Shown in pieces: positions 41,843 through 56,262 of a DNA stretch of 64,000 bases. The stretch spans positions 45,012,001-45,076,000 of the forward strand of contig OZ024743.1 of NCBI GenBank assembly GCA_964016885.1, written 5' to 3'. The translations under genes and the position numbers were made by a program. This DNA is from Eledone cirrhosa. Its lineage: Eukaryota. Each line of letters opens with the position of its first letter. Positions within the stretch are counted from its first letter, which is position 1. The notes below the pieces were generated by a model that worked only from the letters and a program-made list of their open reading frames with translations, did no database searches and was not told where the DNA came from.

Positions 41843-42484
41843 TGGTGGCTGCCAACTCGTTTTCGAGTACGGCCACTACTTTATATCCATCTAGGAGAAC
41901 CCCTACCGATGCGCTGAATGAATGTGATTTTTCAGTCCAGCCAGCAACTTAAAAACTCTGGTACAAACACTACACTTGTGACAATTACTGACACATAGTG
42001 CTGGGCCCATGATACCATGTGACGACAAGTGCAGAGAGATCTCCAGATATAAAGCAATGCCTGTGCCGTGAACCTTTTATAGTGAGCAAAGGCACTGCAC
42101 AAAGCCAGTCCCACTCTCTTAACCAAGATGATATTTACCAAAAAGAAGAACAAGTCAACATCATTGGATACCATCAGGGTTGCAGGTGTTATATCAGAGT
42201 TTTCCTTCTCCTAGAATTCTGCCTTGACAAAGGCTAAGGGGTCATCTCTCCCGGTGATTTTGGATGGCCATTGACTCTTAAGAGCTCCTTTGCCCTTTGA
42301 CAGGTTTTGTTTTTAGTCCTGCAGGATGTCCAAAGTCACCCTCCTCACCAAGAAATCTTGGTGGGGTTGCCAGTTTAGTCGCCAACGACTCGACCATGAG
42401 ACAGGTTGTACTGGGATGCATGTTACCAGTAGCACCAACTGGTGACCTGACATACATACATACATACATACATACATACATACA

Positions 42485-42515
<31 letters not shown>

Positions 42516-43087
42516 GTACGTTCACACATGGTGGCTGCCAACTCGTTTTCGAGTACGGCCACTACTTTATATCCATGTAGGAGATCCCCTACCGATACGC
42601 TGAACGAGTGTGACTTTTTAGTCCAGCCAGCGACTTGATAACTCTAGTACAAACACTACACTTGTGACAATTATGTGACAACAAGTGCAGAGAGATCTCC
42701 AGATATAAAGCAATGCCTGTGCCGTGAAGCTTTTATAGTGAGCAAAGGCACTGCACAAAGCCAGTCCCACTCTCTTAGCCAAGATGATATTTACCAAAAA
42801 GAAGAACAAGTCAACATCATTGGATACCATCATGGTTGCAGGTGTTATATCAGAGTTTTCCTTCTAGAATTCTGCCTTGACAAAGGCTAAGGGGTCATCT
42901 CTCCCGGTGATTTTCGATGGCCATTGATACTTAAGAGCTCCTTTGACCTTTGACAGGTTTTGTTTTTAGTCCTGCAGGATGTCCAAAGTCACCCTCCTCA
43001 CCAAGAAACCTTGGTGGGGTTGCCAGTTTAGTCGCCAACGATCCGACCATGGGACAGGTTGTACTGGGATACATGTTACCAGTAGCA
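41843..43087 (-). mobile_element. Two tandem ~560-600-bp non-autonomous RTE-related retroposons separated by (TACA)n
   Basis: 41843-42450 and 42528-43087 are highly similar; ctaggagaaggaaaactctgat motif resembles RTE 5' UTRs; 3' stem-loop and (ATGT)n tail. Confidence 0.75.
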
Positions 43088-43518
43088 CACATACATACAT
43101 ATATACATACATATATGTATACATACATGTATACATACATATGTAAGTATGTTGTTCACACATACATACATATATACATACATATATGTATACATGCATA
43201 TATGTATACATACATGTATGTATACATACATACATGTATACATACATACATATATACATATATACATAGATGACGACCGTCGACGTTGTGTAGGGTATGA
43301 CAACCATTTTACTCCCTCCTTCACTTGAAGAATATCGTTACACCATCAATGCCTCCCCAGCTTCAGAAACCACGATCTAGATGTACTGTGTCTTTAAAAG
43401 AAAGGAGGATGTGGTTCGCAATAGTGTGTGTCATCAGCCATCATAATGGATGAGGAAAAGGAATCCAGCGTCCGTAACATTTAATTTGAGTGGATATATT
43501 TATCGTTCAAAATAGCTG

Positions 43519-43560
<42 letters not shown>

Positions 43561-43573
43561 GCAAATTTATACG

Positions 43574-45065
<1,492 letters not shown>

Positions 45066-45491
45066 TATATATATATATATAAATTTAAGCATGTATACGT
45101 ACATACATATATGTATACAGACGTACAGTAGTATGTATATATATATACATATATGCACACATATATATATGTAAGTATGGGTTTCATTTCATTTTATTCT
45201 ATTCCATTTATCGTTTTCGGTATGCCCAGCCAACTAACTCACTCGATATGCAAATTAGGCTGCTCAGTCGTTAATATGCATAAGAAAAGTATATACTTTC
45301 AAACGTTCAATCATCTGACAGAAAGATATACGAAGCTGACGATAGCTAATAAGCTTGAAACTAGTTCATCGTTCCTTTGTCAGTGTTGAACAAAATGGCA
45401 ACGATGGTTTCCGAACACTGTACGACTTAATTCGGGATGTTTGTTTATAAACAAACCGAACATTATGATAAATGTTCGGTAAAACCATACG

Positions 45492-45535
<44 letters not shown>

Positions 45536-45694
45536 CATCTATGTATATATATATACATACTACTGTACTCTGTATATATATATGTATGTACGTATAGATA
45601 CTTACATTTAAGTATCAGCTGTACTAAGAGTGAGAAATGAAATTTCATTTCATTCTTTTCCATTTATATATATATAAATATATATATATATACA

Positions 45695-46203
45695 TACAAT
45701 ATATTAATAAATGGAAACTAGATTTATAAAACCATAATTATTTTATTATATATATTTCAGGGGCGACCAAGGTAAATTATGGTGCGCTTTCATCACATAA
45801 AATACAGATTTGTTTCATAAATAAGTTTTGACATACCCGGAAAAAAGACAAACTCAACGGTTGAAATTCGCTGGATAGTTATCCAGCGAATTTCAACCCT
45901 TGATGTCGTCTTTTTTCAGGGTAAGTCAATATTTATTTATAAAACAAATCTGTATTTTATCTGATGAAAACGCACCATAATTTACCTTGGTTGTCCTTGA
46001 AATATATGCGGTGCCCCAGCATGGCCTCAGTCGGATGGCTGAAACAGGTAAAAGAGTAAAAGAGTAATAAAATAATTATGGTTTTATAAATATAGTTTCC
46101 ATTTATTGATATATTGTATATTTACTCCACTAAAGTGTTGAGTGCTTTATATCAGTTATAAACATGTTTAAGCTTGTTGAATCCCAACAAATTAAATATA
46201 ACC
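45695..46203. mobile_element. Fold-back family A element; hammerheads in both arms, the right one interrupted by a retroposon tail
   Basis: Centre gaaattcgctggata gt tatccagcgaatttc (~45878); inserted ~57-bp segment at 46008-46064 ending (GTAAAAGA)x2. Confidence 0.8.
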
Positions 46204-46336
46204 TCAAGGTTAACATATGTTGATGCCCTAAGGACAGACACTGGTCTGTTGGAGATGCAGGATATGGCAGCGATAATGAGGGACAGAGACCGTTGGAGAG
46301 AGCTCGTCCATGGATCTCGGGAATTTTACCCGCCTT

Positions 46337-46340
<4 letters not shown>
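46203..46340 (+). mobile_element. RTE LINE 3' end
   Basis: Near-identical to 48478-48612 ([22 protein letters not shown]). Confidence 0.8.
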
Positions 46341-46395
<55 letters not shown>

Positions 46396-46398
<3 letters not shown>

Positions 46399-47162
46399 CG
46401 AAGGAGGTGTCGTAAGGAACCAGATGGACCATAGCGCACCAGAGTACTCAATACATAGGGTAGTAGAGTGGGTAATAGGAAAAAGTTTAACCCCGACGGC
46501 AGAGAGCAAGCCGTTTCGACGGATATTTCTGGACTAAATTAGAATTTGGTAAATAAATAGCCGAACTTTTCACGGGGTAATTCTTTCTATTTTAGACTCT
46601 AGAGATTTTTTATTACTTTTTACTATCCAAATTCTATAATGTTATACTTTTTTATTTATTTATCTTCTCTTCTAATCTCATTTTATTAACCTATTCAATA
46701 ACGTCTCCTCTCTATTTTTCCAGAATCCTTTTTCGCCTGCTTCCTATCTAGGCTATTGTAATACACGCGCCTTTGAATTTGCTGTAGAGAATTCACTTTC
46801 AACGCTTGGTCGGCTCCACCCACTCCCTCATTGTTCTACAGGCAAGTTCAGCCACCCCCTCATCCTCCCGCTGCCATGAAAGATTTAATGGTGTTTACAA
46901 GTAATTTTGACCATTCCTTTTGACAACTACAATCTTCCCATATAAGGAATTACGACTTGAAAAGTTCAACTATTTATTTACCACTCTAAAAATTCTAATC
47001 TAGTCAAGAAATAGCCGTCGAAACGGCTTGAGCTCTGCCGTTGGGGTTAAACTTTTTCCTATATATATATACATATGTATATACATATATAAATGAAAGG
47101 TATATGTATATACATATATAAATGAAAGGTATATGTATATACATATATAAATGAAAGGTATG

Positions 47163-47231
<69 letters not shown>

Positions 47232-47340
47232 CGAAGGAATTGTGGTAAGGAACCAGATGGACCATAACGCACCAAAGTACTCAATACTTAGGTAGTAGAG
47301 TGGGTAATAGGAACAAGTATGACCCCGAGGGCAGAGCTCT
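46396..47340. mobile_element. Cluster of family C copies in alternating orientation
   Basis: 46396-46585 (-), ~46790-47062 (+), 47229-47340 (-); cores read GTGAAAA and TTGAAAA. Confidence 0.7.
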
Positions 47341-47417
47341 GTATCGTCTTCCTGTCTTCCTGCGGTTGCAACGTTTTTTGAAATATCCAGTTCTGCGTTT
47401 ACAGATTGACTTTGTTA

Positions 47418-47466
47418 GTTTCAGAAGATCCCGTTAAGGGTGAAAGCAGCGATTCTTTGCTTAAAC
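47418..47466 (+). ncRNA. CAGAAGA-core hammerhead-like motif
   Basis: gttt-CAGAAGA-tccc gttaa gggt-GAAA-gca gcgattctt tgc-TT-aaac. Confidence 0.6.
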
Positions 47467-47498
47467 TTTAATCTGTTATTTTAATAAATATATATATA

Positions 47499-47618
<120 letters not shown>

Positions 47619-47620
47619 TA

Positions 47621-47652
<32 letters not shown>

Positions 47653-47741
47653 GTAGGAGGTGAGTTTTATTGTAGTACAATAAAGCAATGCAGATATCGG
47701 ATAAGAAGCACTCTACAGTTTGTAGGACTGGAGTATACATA

Positions 47742-48212
<471 letters not shown>

Positions 48213-48263
48213 GTATATACATACCTTTCATTTATATATGTATATACATATACCTTTCATTTA

Positions 48264-48311
<48 letters not shown>

Positions 48312-48312
<1 letters not shown>

Positions 48313-48615
48313 TGAGGATGAAAAACTCAGAGTTGTATGGGAGCATCCCAAAAGTCAGCTCAAAAGGGACACAGAGGAGATTGAGGTTAGCTGGACATGC
48401 TCACCGACATCCAGAGTTGACATTGCACTCAGTACTCCTTTGGGAGCCCCTACATGGACACACTAGAAGAGGAAGACCAAGGTTAACGTATGTTGATGCC
48501 CTAAGGACAGACACTGGTCTGTTGGAGACGCAGGACATTGCAGCGATAATGAGGGACAGAGACCGCTGGAGAGAACTCGTCCATGGATCTCGGGAATTTT
48601 ACCCGCCTTAGATAG

Positions 48616-48617
<2 letters not shown>
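48312..48617 (+). mobile_element. RTE-clade LINE 3' fragment with (TAGA)n tail
   Basis: [40 protein letters not shown]. Confidence 0.85.
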
Positions 48618-48675
<58 letters not shown>

Positions 48676-48963
48676 TTATATATATATCGCCAATTGCCAC
48701 ACTATAGTAGTACATACAACACGAACGAAAGGTGAATACATCAATTAGCATACTAAATCTCCGTTCCTGACTGTGGCTAATCATTAGTTAACATTTTCTG
48801 GAGATTTTCAGATAGTTTTCCATAATGTAAAGTAAATTCAAATGTTAGCTATTTATGTCTTCTCGTATGTATATTTAACTATCTACCTACCAATCTAACT
48901 CTCTCTATATATGTGTGTGCGTGTGTGTATTTATATTATATATTTATATTCAGACACACATAC

Positions 48964-49033
<70 letters not shown>

Positions 49034-49034
49034 T

Positions 49035-49071
<37 letters not shown>

Positions 49072-49127
49072 ATGTGTGTGTGTGTGTATTTATATTATAT
49101 ATTTATATTCATATACACATATATATG

Positions 49128-49164
<37 letters not shown>

Positions 49165-49216
49165 ATATGTGTAGTTATATTATATATTTATATTTATACA
49201 CACATACATATATATA

Positions 49217-49610
49217 CGAGGGTAATCCCAAAAGTAAGGTCTCCAAAGCGATGGGGATGCAGAGAAACTGTTCGTACGGCTGTTGGCAACAATGTTGTGA
49301 TTGGTGTTTCCATCACTCCCAAACAAGCATACGCGCACTTCGCTGGGATGCTCAAAATTGGCTTGGCAGCCGTTGAGAATGGAGCTCCCGTTGAACGCTA
49401 CCGCCAAGTGCGAATTTCGCGCAGTTATTATATAGAGAGCAATCCCAAAAGTAAGGTCTCCTTCCAAGGAAAACATGCGTAAACATCGGCGGATCACTCT
49501 TGATGTTCTCTGCATTTTGGTTTCTGAGCTTTCCCGAAGCACCATCCACAGATATTTTAACGGAAAAGTTGCAATATCGGAAGGAGACCTTACTTTTGGG
49601 ATTGACCTCG
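49217..49610 (+). mobile_element. Internally deleted Tc1/mariner transposon
   Basis: 28-bp TIRs cgagg..aatcccaaaagtaaggtctcc, TA flanks, an internal third copy at ~49437 and a transposase HTH remnant RRITLD..LSRSTIH. Confidence 0.85.
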
Positions 49611-49901
49611 TATATATATATATATATATGCGTGTGTGTGTGTGTGTTTGTACGTGTGTGTGTGTGTGTTTGTTTATACCTACTAGAGATTGTATAACAT
49701 GTCGTCCTTTCAAATGCGTGTTTGGGTCCCGGTCTTTCAAATGGAATATCTACTTTTGATACTCGATAGCAAAGTATCATACAGAAAATATCTTATGGAA
49801 GAATTATAAATAGAATAAAAGATTGTATGGACACATGGTCATTTTCATCTTCTTTTACTATATATATATATATATATACATATATGTATATATATATATA
49901 T

Positions 49902-50267
49902 ATATAAGTTAAAACAATGAAATAAAAAATCACATCATTAGAAATATACTTCACTGCTTTACGATCGTTTCTAGGTGATGATAATACATTGTAACTATTC
50001 TTCGTTATCGATCTATGTAAGGTTAGTTACAAAATATCAGATAAAGAGAATATTTACTTACATGCATATCACCAGCTGTTGCTTTTGACAACAGCTGGTG
50101 ATATACATGTAAGTAAATATTCTCTTTATCTGATCTTTTGTAACTAACCTTACATAGATCGATAACGAAGTATAATTACAATGTATTATCATCACCTAGA
50201 AACGATCGTAAAGCAGTGAAGTATATTTCTAATGACTTGATTTTTTATTTCATTGTTTTAACTTATA
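49902..50267. mobile_element. Fold-back element (~180-bp arms) with a partial hammerhead signature
   Basis: Centre cagctgttg..caacagctg (~50085); contains GAAA-cgatcg-TA but no intact CUGANGA. Confidence 0.8.
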
Positions 50268-50396
50268 GCATGGCTCTGTTTTCCTTTTAATGTTTTATTG
50301 TTTTCCGGGATTTATTTTAAACTACAATGTTTACAACATAGGATTACATTGAGTTCTTCATGCAGACTGGACCCCACAACTTACCGTGGATATCTC

Positions 50397-50464
<68 letters not shown>

Positions 50465-50556
50465 ACGAAGGAAATGTGGTAAGGAACCAGGTGGACCATA
50501 ACGCACCAAAGTACTCAATACTTAGGGTAATAGAGTGGGTAATAGGAACAAGTAAG

Positions 50557-50650
50557 ACCCCGACGTCTGAGCTCAAGCCGTTTCGACGGCTAATTCTGGA
50601 CTGAATGAAAATTTATTCTGGTATTTAAATAGCCGAGCTTATCAAGGGGT
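50557..50650 (-). ncRNA. Hammerhead ribozyme (family C) with U3-A8 core
   Basis: acccc-TTGATAA-gct cggcta...tagccg tc-GAAA-cg..cg-TC-ggggt. Confidence 0.75.
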
Positions 50651-51043
50651 AATTCCATATATGGTCAAAGAGATCAACACCAGGATTGGTCACATCACAA
50701 GTTAGTAGTAAATCTGTGATGGCAAAATGGTGGGGGAAGAGGTAGCTGAACCTGCCGGTAGGAGAAAAAGGGAGGGGGGTGGAGTAAACCCATTCAAGCG
50801 TTGGTAGTGCCGGCTACAGCTGGGTGTGAGGTCAAAGAGGATACTGGGGAGGGGGAGGGGGAGGAAGTCGAAACGGTAAGTAAGAACAATGAAGGGTAAA
50901 ACTATAAAATGTACTGAGAGAGAGAAAAGACAAAATAAGCAAGGTCTGGTTACTAAGACATAAGTCTCTCGCTATTGCTAGGCTGAAGAAATACATAAAT
51001 AAATAAATAAACAAATAAGTGAAAGAATAGATAAATAAATCTA

Positions 51044-51076
<33 letters not shown>

Positions 51077-51436
51077 GACGAATAAAAAATAAATAAAAAT
51101 AAACTAGGTGGGACGGAAATAAAGGTACCCTTATACGAGGTATAAGTGCGTGTATCGTACGGTGACGGGTCAACAAGGGGGGGGGCAAAATACTAAAGAG
51201 ACTACCACGAAATAATAAAGGTTTCTACCCCGATCACGGGGCCAGCAACCACCCAGAGCAAGAAAGTAAACTAGTACGAGAGTATAATTCAGGGTCCCGC
51301 AAAAAAATACTCGTGCTAACACTAAGGGTACCGCCACGAAACAAAAAATCTTATACAGGCTACATGAAAGATCGTGCGAGGTAAAAGTAAGGAACGGAAA
51401 ATTAATACAGAACCCCCCCCCCCCCCCAAAAAAAAA

Positions 51437-53189
51437 ATGGATAGAATTATCCCACAGGTTCGTTCTAGTTGCTCCACTTCGAACTTAAATTTATGGTCTG
51501 GTACTTCTGAAGTGATTGGCTGGTTCAACAAATTGAATAAGAAAAACAAACAAAAATTTATTCAATTTGATATTGACAGCTACTATTCTTCTATTTCGCC
51601 CTCACTTCTCAACAATGTTCTATCTTTCGTTTACAAATATTCAGACCACAGATGAACTTCACATCATTCTCACCGCACGTAAAGCCATGCTAGAGTTCAA
51701 CAATGAATATTGGACCAGAGCTGATACCTCTAACAACTTTGACACCACAATGGGAGCATCCGATTCATCCCAATTGACAGATTTAATTGGTATCTTTATT
51801 TTGAACTCTTTGAATCGGAAAATTCCTCAACTTCGCGGTGGAATTTATCGTGATGATTGACTTTTTACTATCTTAAATTGTAACATAGTTAACCTTAATA
51901 TTATTAAGAACAATATACGTAATCTCTTTAACCGACATAACTTAAAAATTGAATTTGATAACAACATCAAACTAGCTAATTTCTTGGATGTAACTCTTAA
52001 TCTTGACACTGGCCTATATTACCCTTACCATAAAAACAATGAGAATCTAAATTATGTTAATTTTAAATCTAACCACCCCACTAATATTAAGAATGCTATA
52101 GTTAGTAGTATTGGAAAAAGAATATCCAACCTAGCATCTAATAAAAACATCTTTGATGCTAACGCCAATTACTATAATAACGCGCTTTCTAAAGCCGGTT
52201 ATCCTGATAAAATCAAATATAGTAAAGAACCAAATTCTAGAAGATCTGACAGTAGAATAATTAATCATGATCATTCCAATAACTTTAATAAAAGACCTAG
52301 ATACAAAAACATAATCTGGTATAATGCTCCTTTCTCCATCTCTATTAATAATAATATTCCTAAATTATTCTTTAGTGCCTTAAATAAATGCTTCCCTCCC
52401 TCACATATCTATAGTAAAATATTTAACAAACACACTATAACATTTTCCTATTCGACCTCCTCCAACATCTCCAACAGTATCTCTAAACACAACAATAAAA
52501 TACTAAATACTAAATCTTTTCCTTCCAACACTGAATATCATAATAATAGTAATAGTACTACCGACGTCATTGTTAACTCTAGGCTAATTTCTGCAAACCC
52601 AAATACAACGTCAAACGCAACTTCGTTAAATGTTCTTAATCCCAATCTAAATCAAGAAACTATTATTCCTATCGTAAATAACTTCTCCAATCCAATTCCT
52701 CCTATAGATAACACTAGGTCACTTGTTAATAACTCTGTTAATTTCTCTAATCGCAATTGTAATTGCCCTGTTAAAAATAAATGTCCTCTCAACAACCATT
52801 GTCTTGAAAAAAACTTAATCTATGAATGTAAAGTTATAACTGACACCAATTCCTTTACCTATTTTGGCTCCACTTCCACCTCCTTTAAAGCTCGTCTTTA
52901 TAATCATCATTCGTCTTTTAAATACCAACTTAAAAGAACCAACACGACACTCTTCTCAGAACTCATATGGTCCTTGAAAGACAAAAATATTAACGCTAAC
53001 ATCTCTTGGAGGAAGGTTTGTTCTGCTTCTCCATACTTGAATGCCTCTCTATCCAAGACATGTAATCTCTGTTTATGTGAGAAATGTACCATTATATCTA
53101 ATTTAGATTCTATAATAAATAGATGCACTGACTTGCTTTCTCTCTGCTTGCATAAATTCCACAGAACATTCCATAAAGTATACAGCTAA
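51437..53189 (+). pseudogene. Naiad-type PLE RT-GIY-YIG, 5'-truncated, with one frameshift and one nonsense codon
   Basis: FIQFDIDSYY, FDTTMGASDS, GIYRDD*, FLDVTLNL, IIWYNAPF, CNC..CPLNNHC, LIYEC..YFGST..FKARLYNH, CNLCLCE..CLH. Confidence 0.92.
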
Positions 53190-54210
53190 TATCTAATACT
53201 TTACCAATTTAAAATCCTTTTTCTCAAAGGCACATATATATATATATACATATATATTTCTTTAAAAATATACCCATCTTTCTACCTTATTTCAATGTTA
53301 TTTATTATAAATTATATAATACTAGTTACTCATTCTATATCACTCCTATTTATCACTTCCCTTTTTTCCTTTTTTTCCTTTTTTCTTTTAATTTCTTATC
53401 TCTAATCTGTACCTTTTCTTCCTAGATGCTTCTCAATTCTCATTATTACTCACCACAATATATCCACTCTTCCTTCTTCCATCCTATCACTGGACATAAA
53501 AGTTACTATTACTCTTTTAAATAGTTTATAGTATCACCTTGAAAAATCTTTCGTAAACATAAACATTTTTTTTGACGTTAGATTATTCATCCTCAATTCA
53601 TTATTTTTTTTCTCACTTTCATGCTCATATAACTTCTACATATTACACATATTCATCCACTCTTCTACTTCTTTTCACAATATATCCTTAATTACATTAC
53701 TATTTTTATATTTTTTTAAATAATACATATCAACAATTTCTTTCCATCGCACATATTATTAAACCCTTCAATATTCAAACCTTAACTTAATATTATTCTT
53801 AATACATAGTAACAATTTCTTTTCATCGCACATATTATTAAACCCTTCAATATACAAACCTTAATTTAACATTATTCTTAAATTTTTCTCTTCGTTAATT
53901 TTCAAATTCTTTTAATTTATATATTATCTTCCAACGGTTTTTTAACCTCTCTCTGTAAAACAATATATTTTTCTATTCACCTATTCCTTTTGCTTTTACC
54001 GTTATGTAGAGAACAAATCCGTTGTTTTATTTAGCTGCTATTTTAAGTGGCGTGATAGACAACACGTCTATGTTTACCTCCGCTTCTACTAAGGTCTGCT
54101 TCATGTGCAGGTCAAGTTTACGGCCTCACTCGATCCTGTAATAGCTGGCAGATGGCAATACATTTTGCCGTTTCTGGGACTTTTGTCCTAGGAGAGGGGA
54201 GGGGGAATAA

Positions 54211-54286
54211 TTTCTGAAGATCCAAACATTTCCATTGGAAGTCCCTAGGATTTCCAATCTTTTGTGAGGTGAAACCGTCTGTAAAA
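54211..54286 (+). ncRNA. Hammerhead ribozyme with extended stem II, downstream of the PLE
   Basis: ttt-CTGAAGA-tcc...attggaagtcc cta ggatttccaat...ggt-GAAA-ccgtctg-TA-aaa. Confidence 0.6.
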
Positions 54287-54370
54287 GCAAAAGGAATAGG
54301 TGAATATTTAAATTATATTTTTTTATTTATTTTTAAAAATTGTTTGAATCTTGCTTGCTCCGCTTATCTC

Positions 54371-54436
<66 letters not shown>

Positions 54437-54911
54437 TATACTTTGGGAGGGTCATGTTGCCAATAAGAAACACACGCACCAGTTGCTTTCACTTCAATTT
54501 AGTATAAACTAAATTTATAAATTTCCCGTTGGTTGGTTGGTTCCACAACCAGATGATTGTTCATATATTGTCAAAGTTCTTTCGTCACACATTCTGTGAC
54601 CTCTTCAGTGACTGGGGAATCTTTTCTTCGTTTTTGTGCCTCTCCTTTGTTCTGTCCTACGCCATCTTGTTTGTGTGTGTGTTGTGTGCTTAGTTTGCGT
54701 ATGTGTTACATCCGGGTGTCTGTGTGTGTTTATATTTGTTTATTTATTTGTTTATCTACATGAGTATAACAATATCGGTTTCAACACACGTTTTCAGATA
54801 AAGAATCTTGCTAAACAATATATATATAGAAGAGTTTCTACAGGACTAGAACTGTTTCATTCGTGAGAAATCATTACTTGCTGTGGTTACCTCCGATTCA
54901 ACTCGGAATAA

Positions 54912-55006
<95 letters not shown>

Positions 55007-55129
55007 AATTAAAAAGAACAGAAAGATGCAGTAAAAGAGATTTATTCTGTTCTTACGTACGTTTCAATAGACATCAATTTGCCTAAATCTCGATATATAT
55101 AGTAAAAAGAAGAGGAAAATGAAATTGGA

Positions 55130-55410
55130 GTAACGTTATTCGATAGAGTGCGTAGCTGGGAAATCAGGGAGTCACTCCAGGTAGAGCCGCTACTTCTGCG
55201 AATTGAGAGATCACAGCTCCAATACTATGGCCATGAGGTTAGAACGTCCCAGGAAAGAGGGTAGACCCCGAGCGATCCATGAGCTCGACTGGTGTTGCTT
55301 GGGGATCCAGCCGGGTCAGCTGGAAACGGTTACTTCTGATAAAATCTACTGGAAGAAGTGTTTGACAACTCTGCCCCCATGACTCTCTCAATAATAAGTG
55401 GTCTAAGAAG
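55130..55410 (+). mobile_element. Degraded RTE LINE 3' fragment
   Basis: EPLLLRIERSQLQYYGHEVRT.. motif. Confidence 0.55.
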
Positions 55411-55849
55411 CTATATCCAAACTAATCCAGACTAGATCCAGACTAGATCAAGAAGAAGAAGAAGAAGAAGAAGAAGAAGAAGAAGAAGAAGAAGAAGAAG
55501 AAGAAGGAGGAGGAGGAGGAGGAGGAGAAGAGTTATATCTATTTAAGTTCACTCATAAGGCTTGTGACCAACTAAAGCTATCATAAATGACACCTGGCCA
55601 AGTGGAAATGCACTCCGGACTCTATTATTGCCAATTTCTTAACTGTTCAGCCATGCTGCAGTCACTGACTAATTATAACCACAGAACATTCAACAGAGTC
55701 TAATACAAAATATATTGTTGTTATCCTTCTACAATCAGACCAGTCATGGCCATAGTGAAATGACAGTTAAATTAACATAATCCAACGAGTGTACTAGACA
55801 CTGCCAGTGGGTATAGAACGAAGAATTCAGGTGTGAGAGTACGAGTGTT

Positions 55850-56100
55850 TTAGATGGCTACTGCACATCACAGAGAACAAGACAAACACCTTTGTCAGTC
55901 ATTAAGACAACAAATATTCTTGCAGGCAGGACATCCATTATATAATAGTGAAAAGACGAAAGTTCACCTGGTATGGACACGTACACCTCCACGACTTCCT
56001 ATGCAAAACCATTCCCAGGAAACAGTTGAAGGAGGGTGAATAAGCGGTAGACAAAACCAATCCCTAGTCTGACCACATCAATGACCAGACAGGACTTTAC
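55850..56100 (+). mobile_element. Degraded RTE LINE 3' fragment
   Basis: VKRRKFTWYGHV..LCKTI..TVEGG..GRQ motif. Confidence 0.6.
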
Positions 56101-56104
56101 ATAT

Positions 56105-56262
56105 GGGGAAAAGGAAAGTCAATTATATTGACCTCCGTACTTCGGTACTATTTTATTCTATCGACTCCGTAAGGATGACAGGAAAAGTTGAACTTAATGG
56201 GATTCGACCTCAGAACGTAAATAGCTCGAACAAATATCGCAATATATTTTCTCTGACGCTTC
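56105..56262 (-). mobile_element. Older SINE copy
   Basis: tcgactccgtaaggatgacagg..ggattcgacctcagaacgtaa. Confidence 0.7.

Noticed and set aside
42330-42450. Twister or HDV-like ribozyme call at the retroposon 5' end
   Set aside because: Fragments (TAACA, GTCCCATG in the sister copy, CTAA) are suggestive, but the required helices and pseudoknots could not be completed by eye; kept only as a hypothesis
50120-50216. Intact hammerhead in the 49.9-50.3 kb palindrome
   Set aside because: Only the GAAA-cgatcg-TA half is clear; no convincing CUGANGA with matching stems I and II in either arm
51858-51860. Selenocysteine UGA in a Naiad-type PLE
   Set aside because: The TGA replaces the Gly of YRDDG (GGA>TGA), not a conserved Cys; the Cys motifs contain no TGA, the ORF also has a frameshift, and I recognised no SECIS
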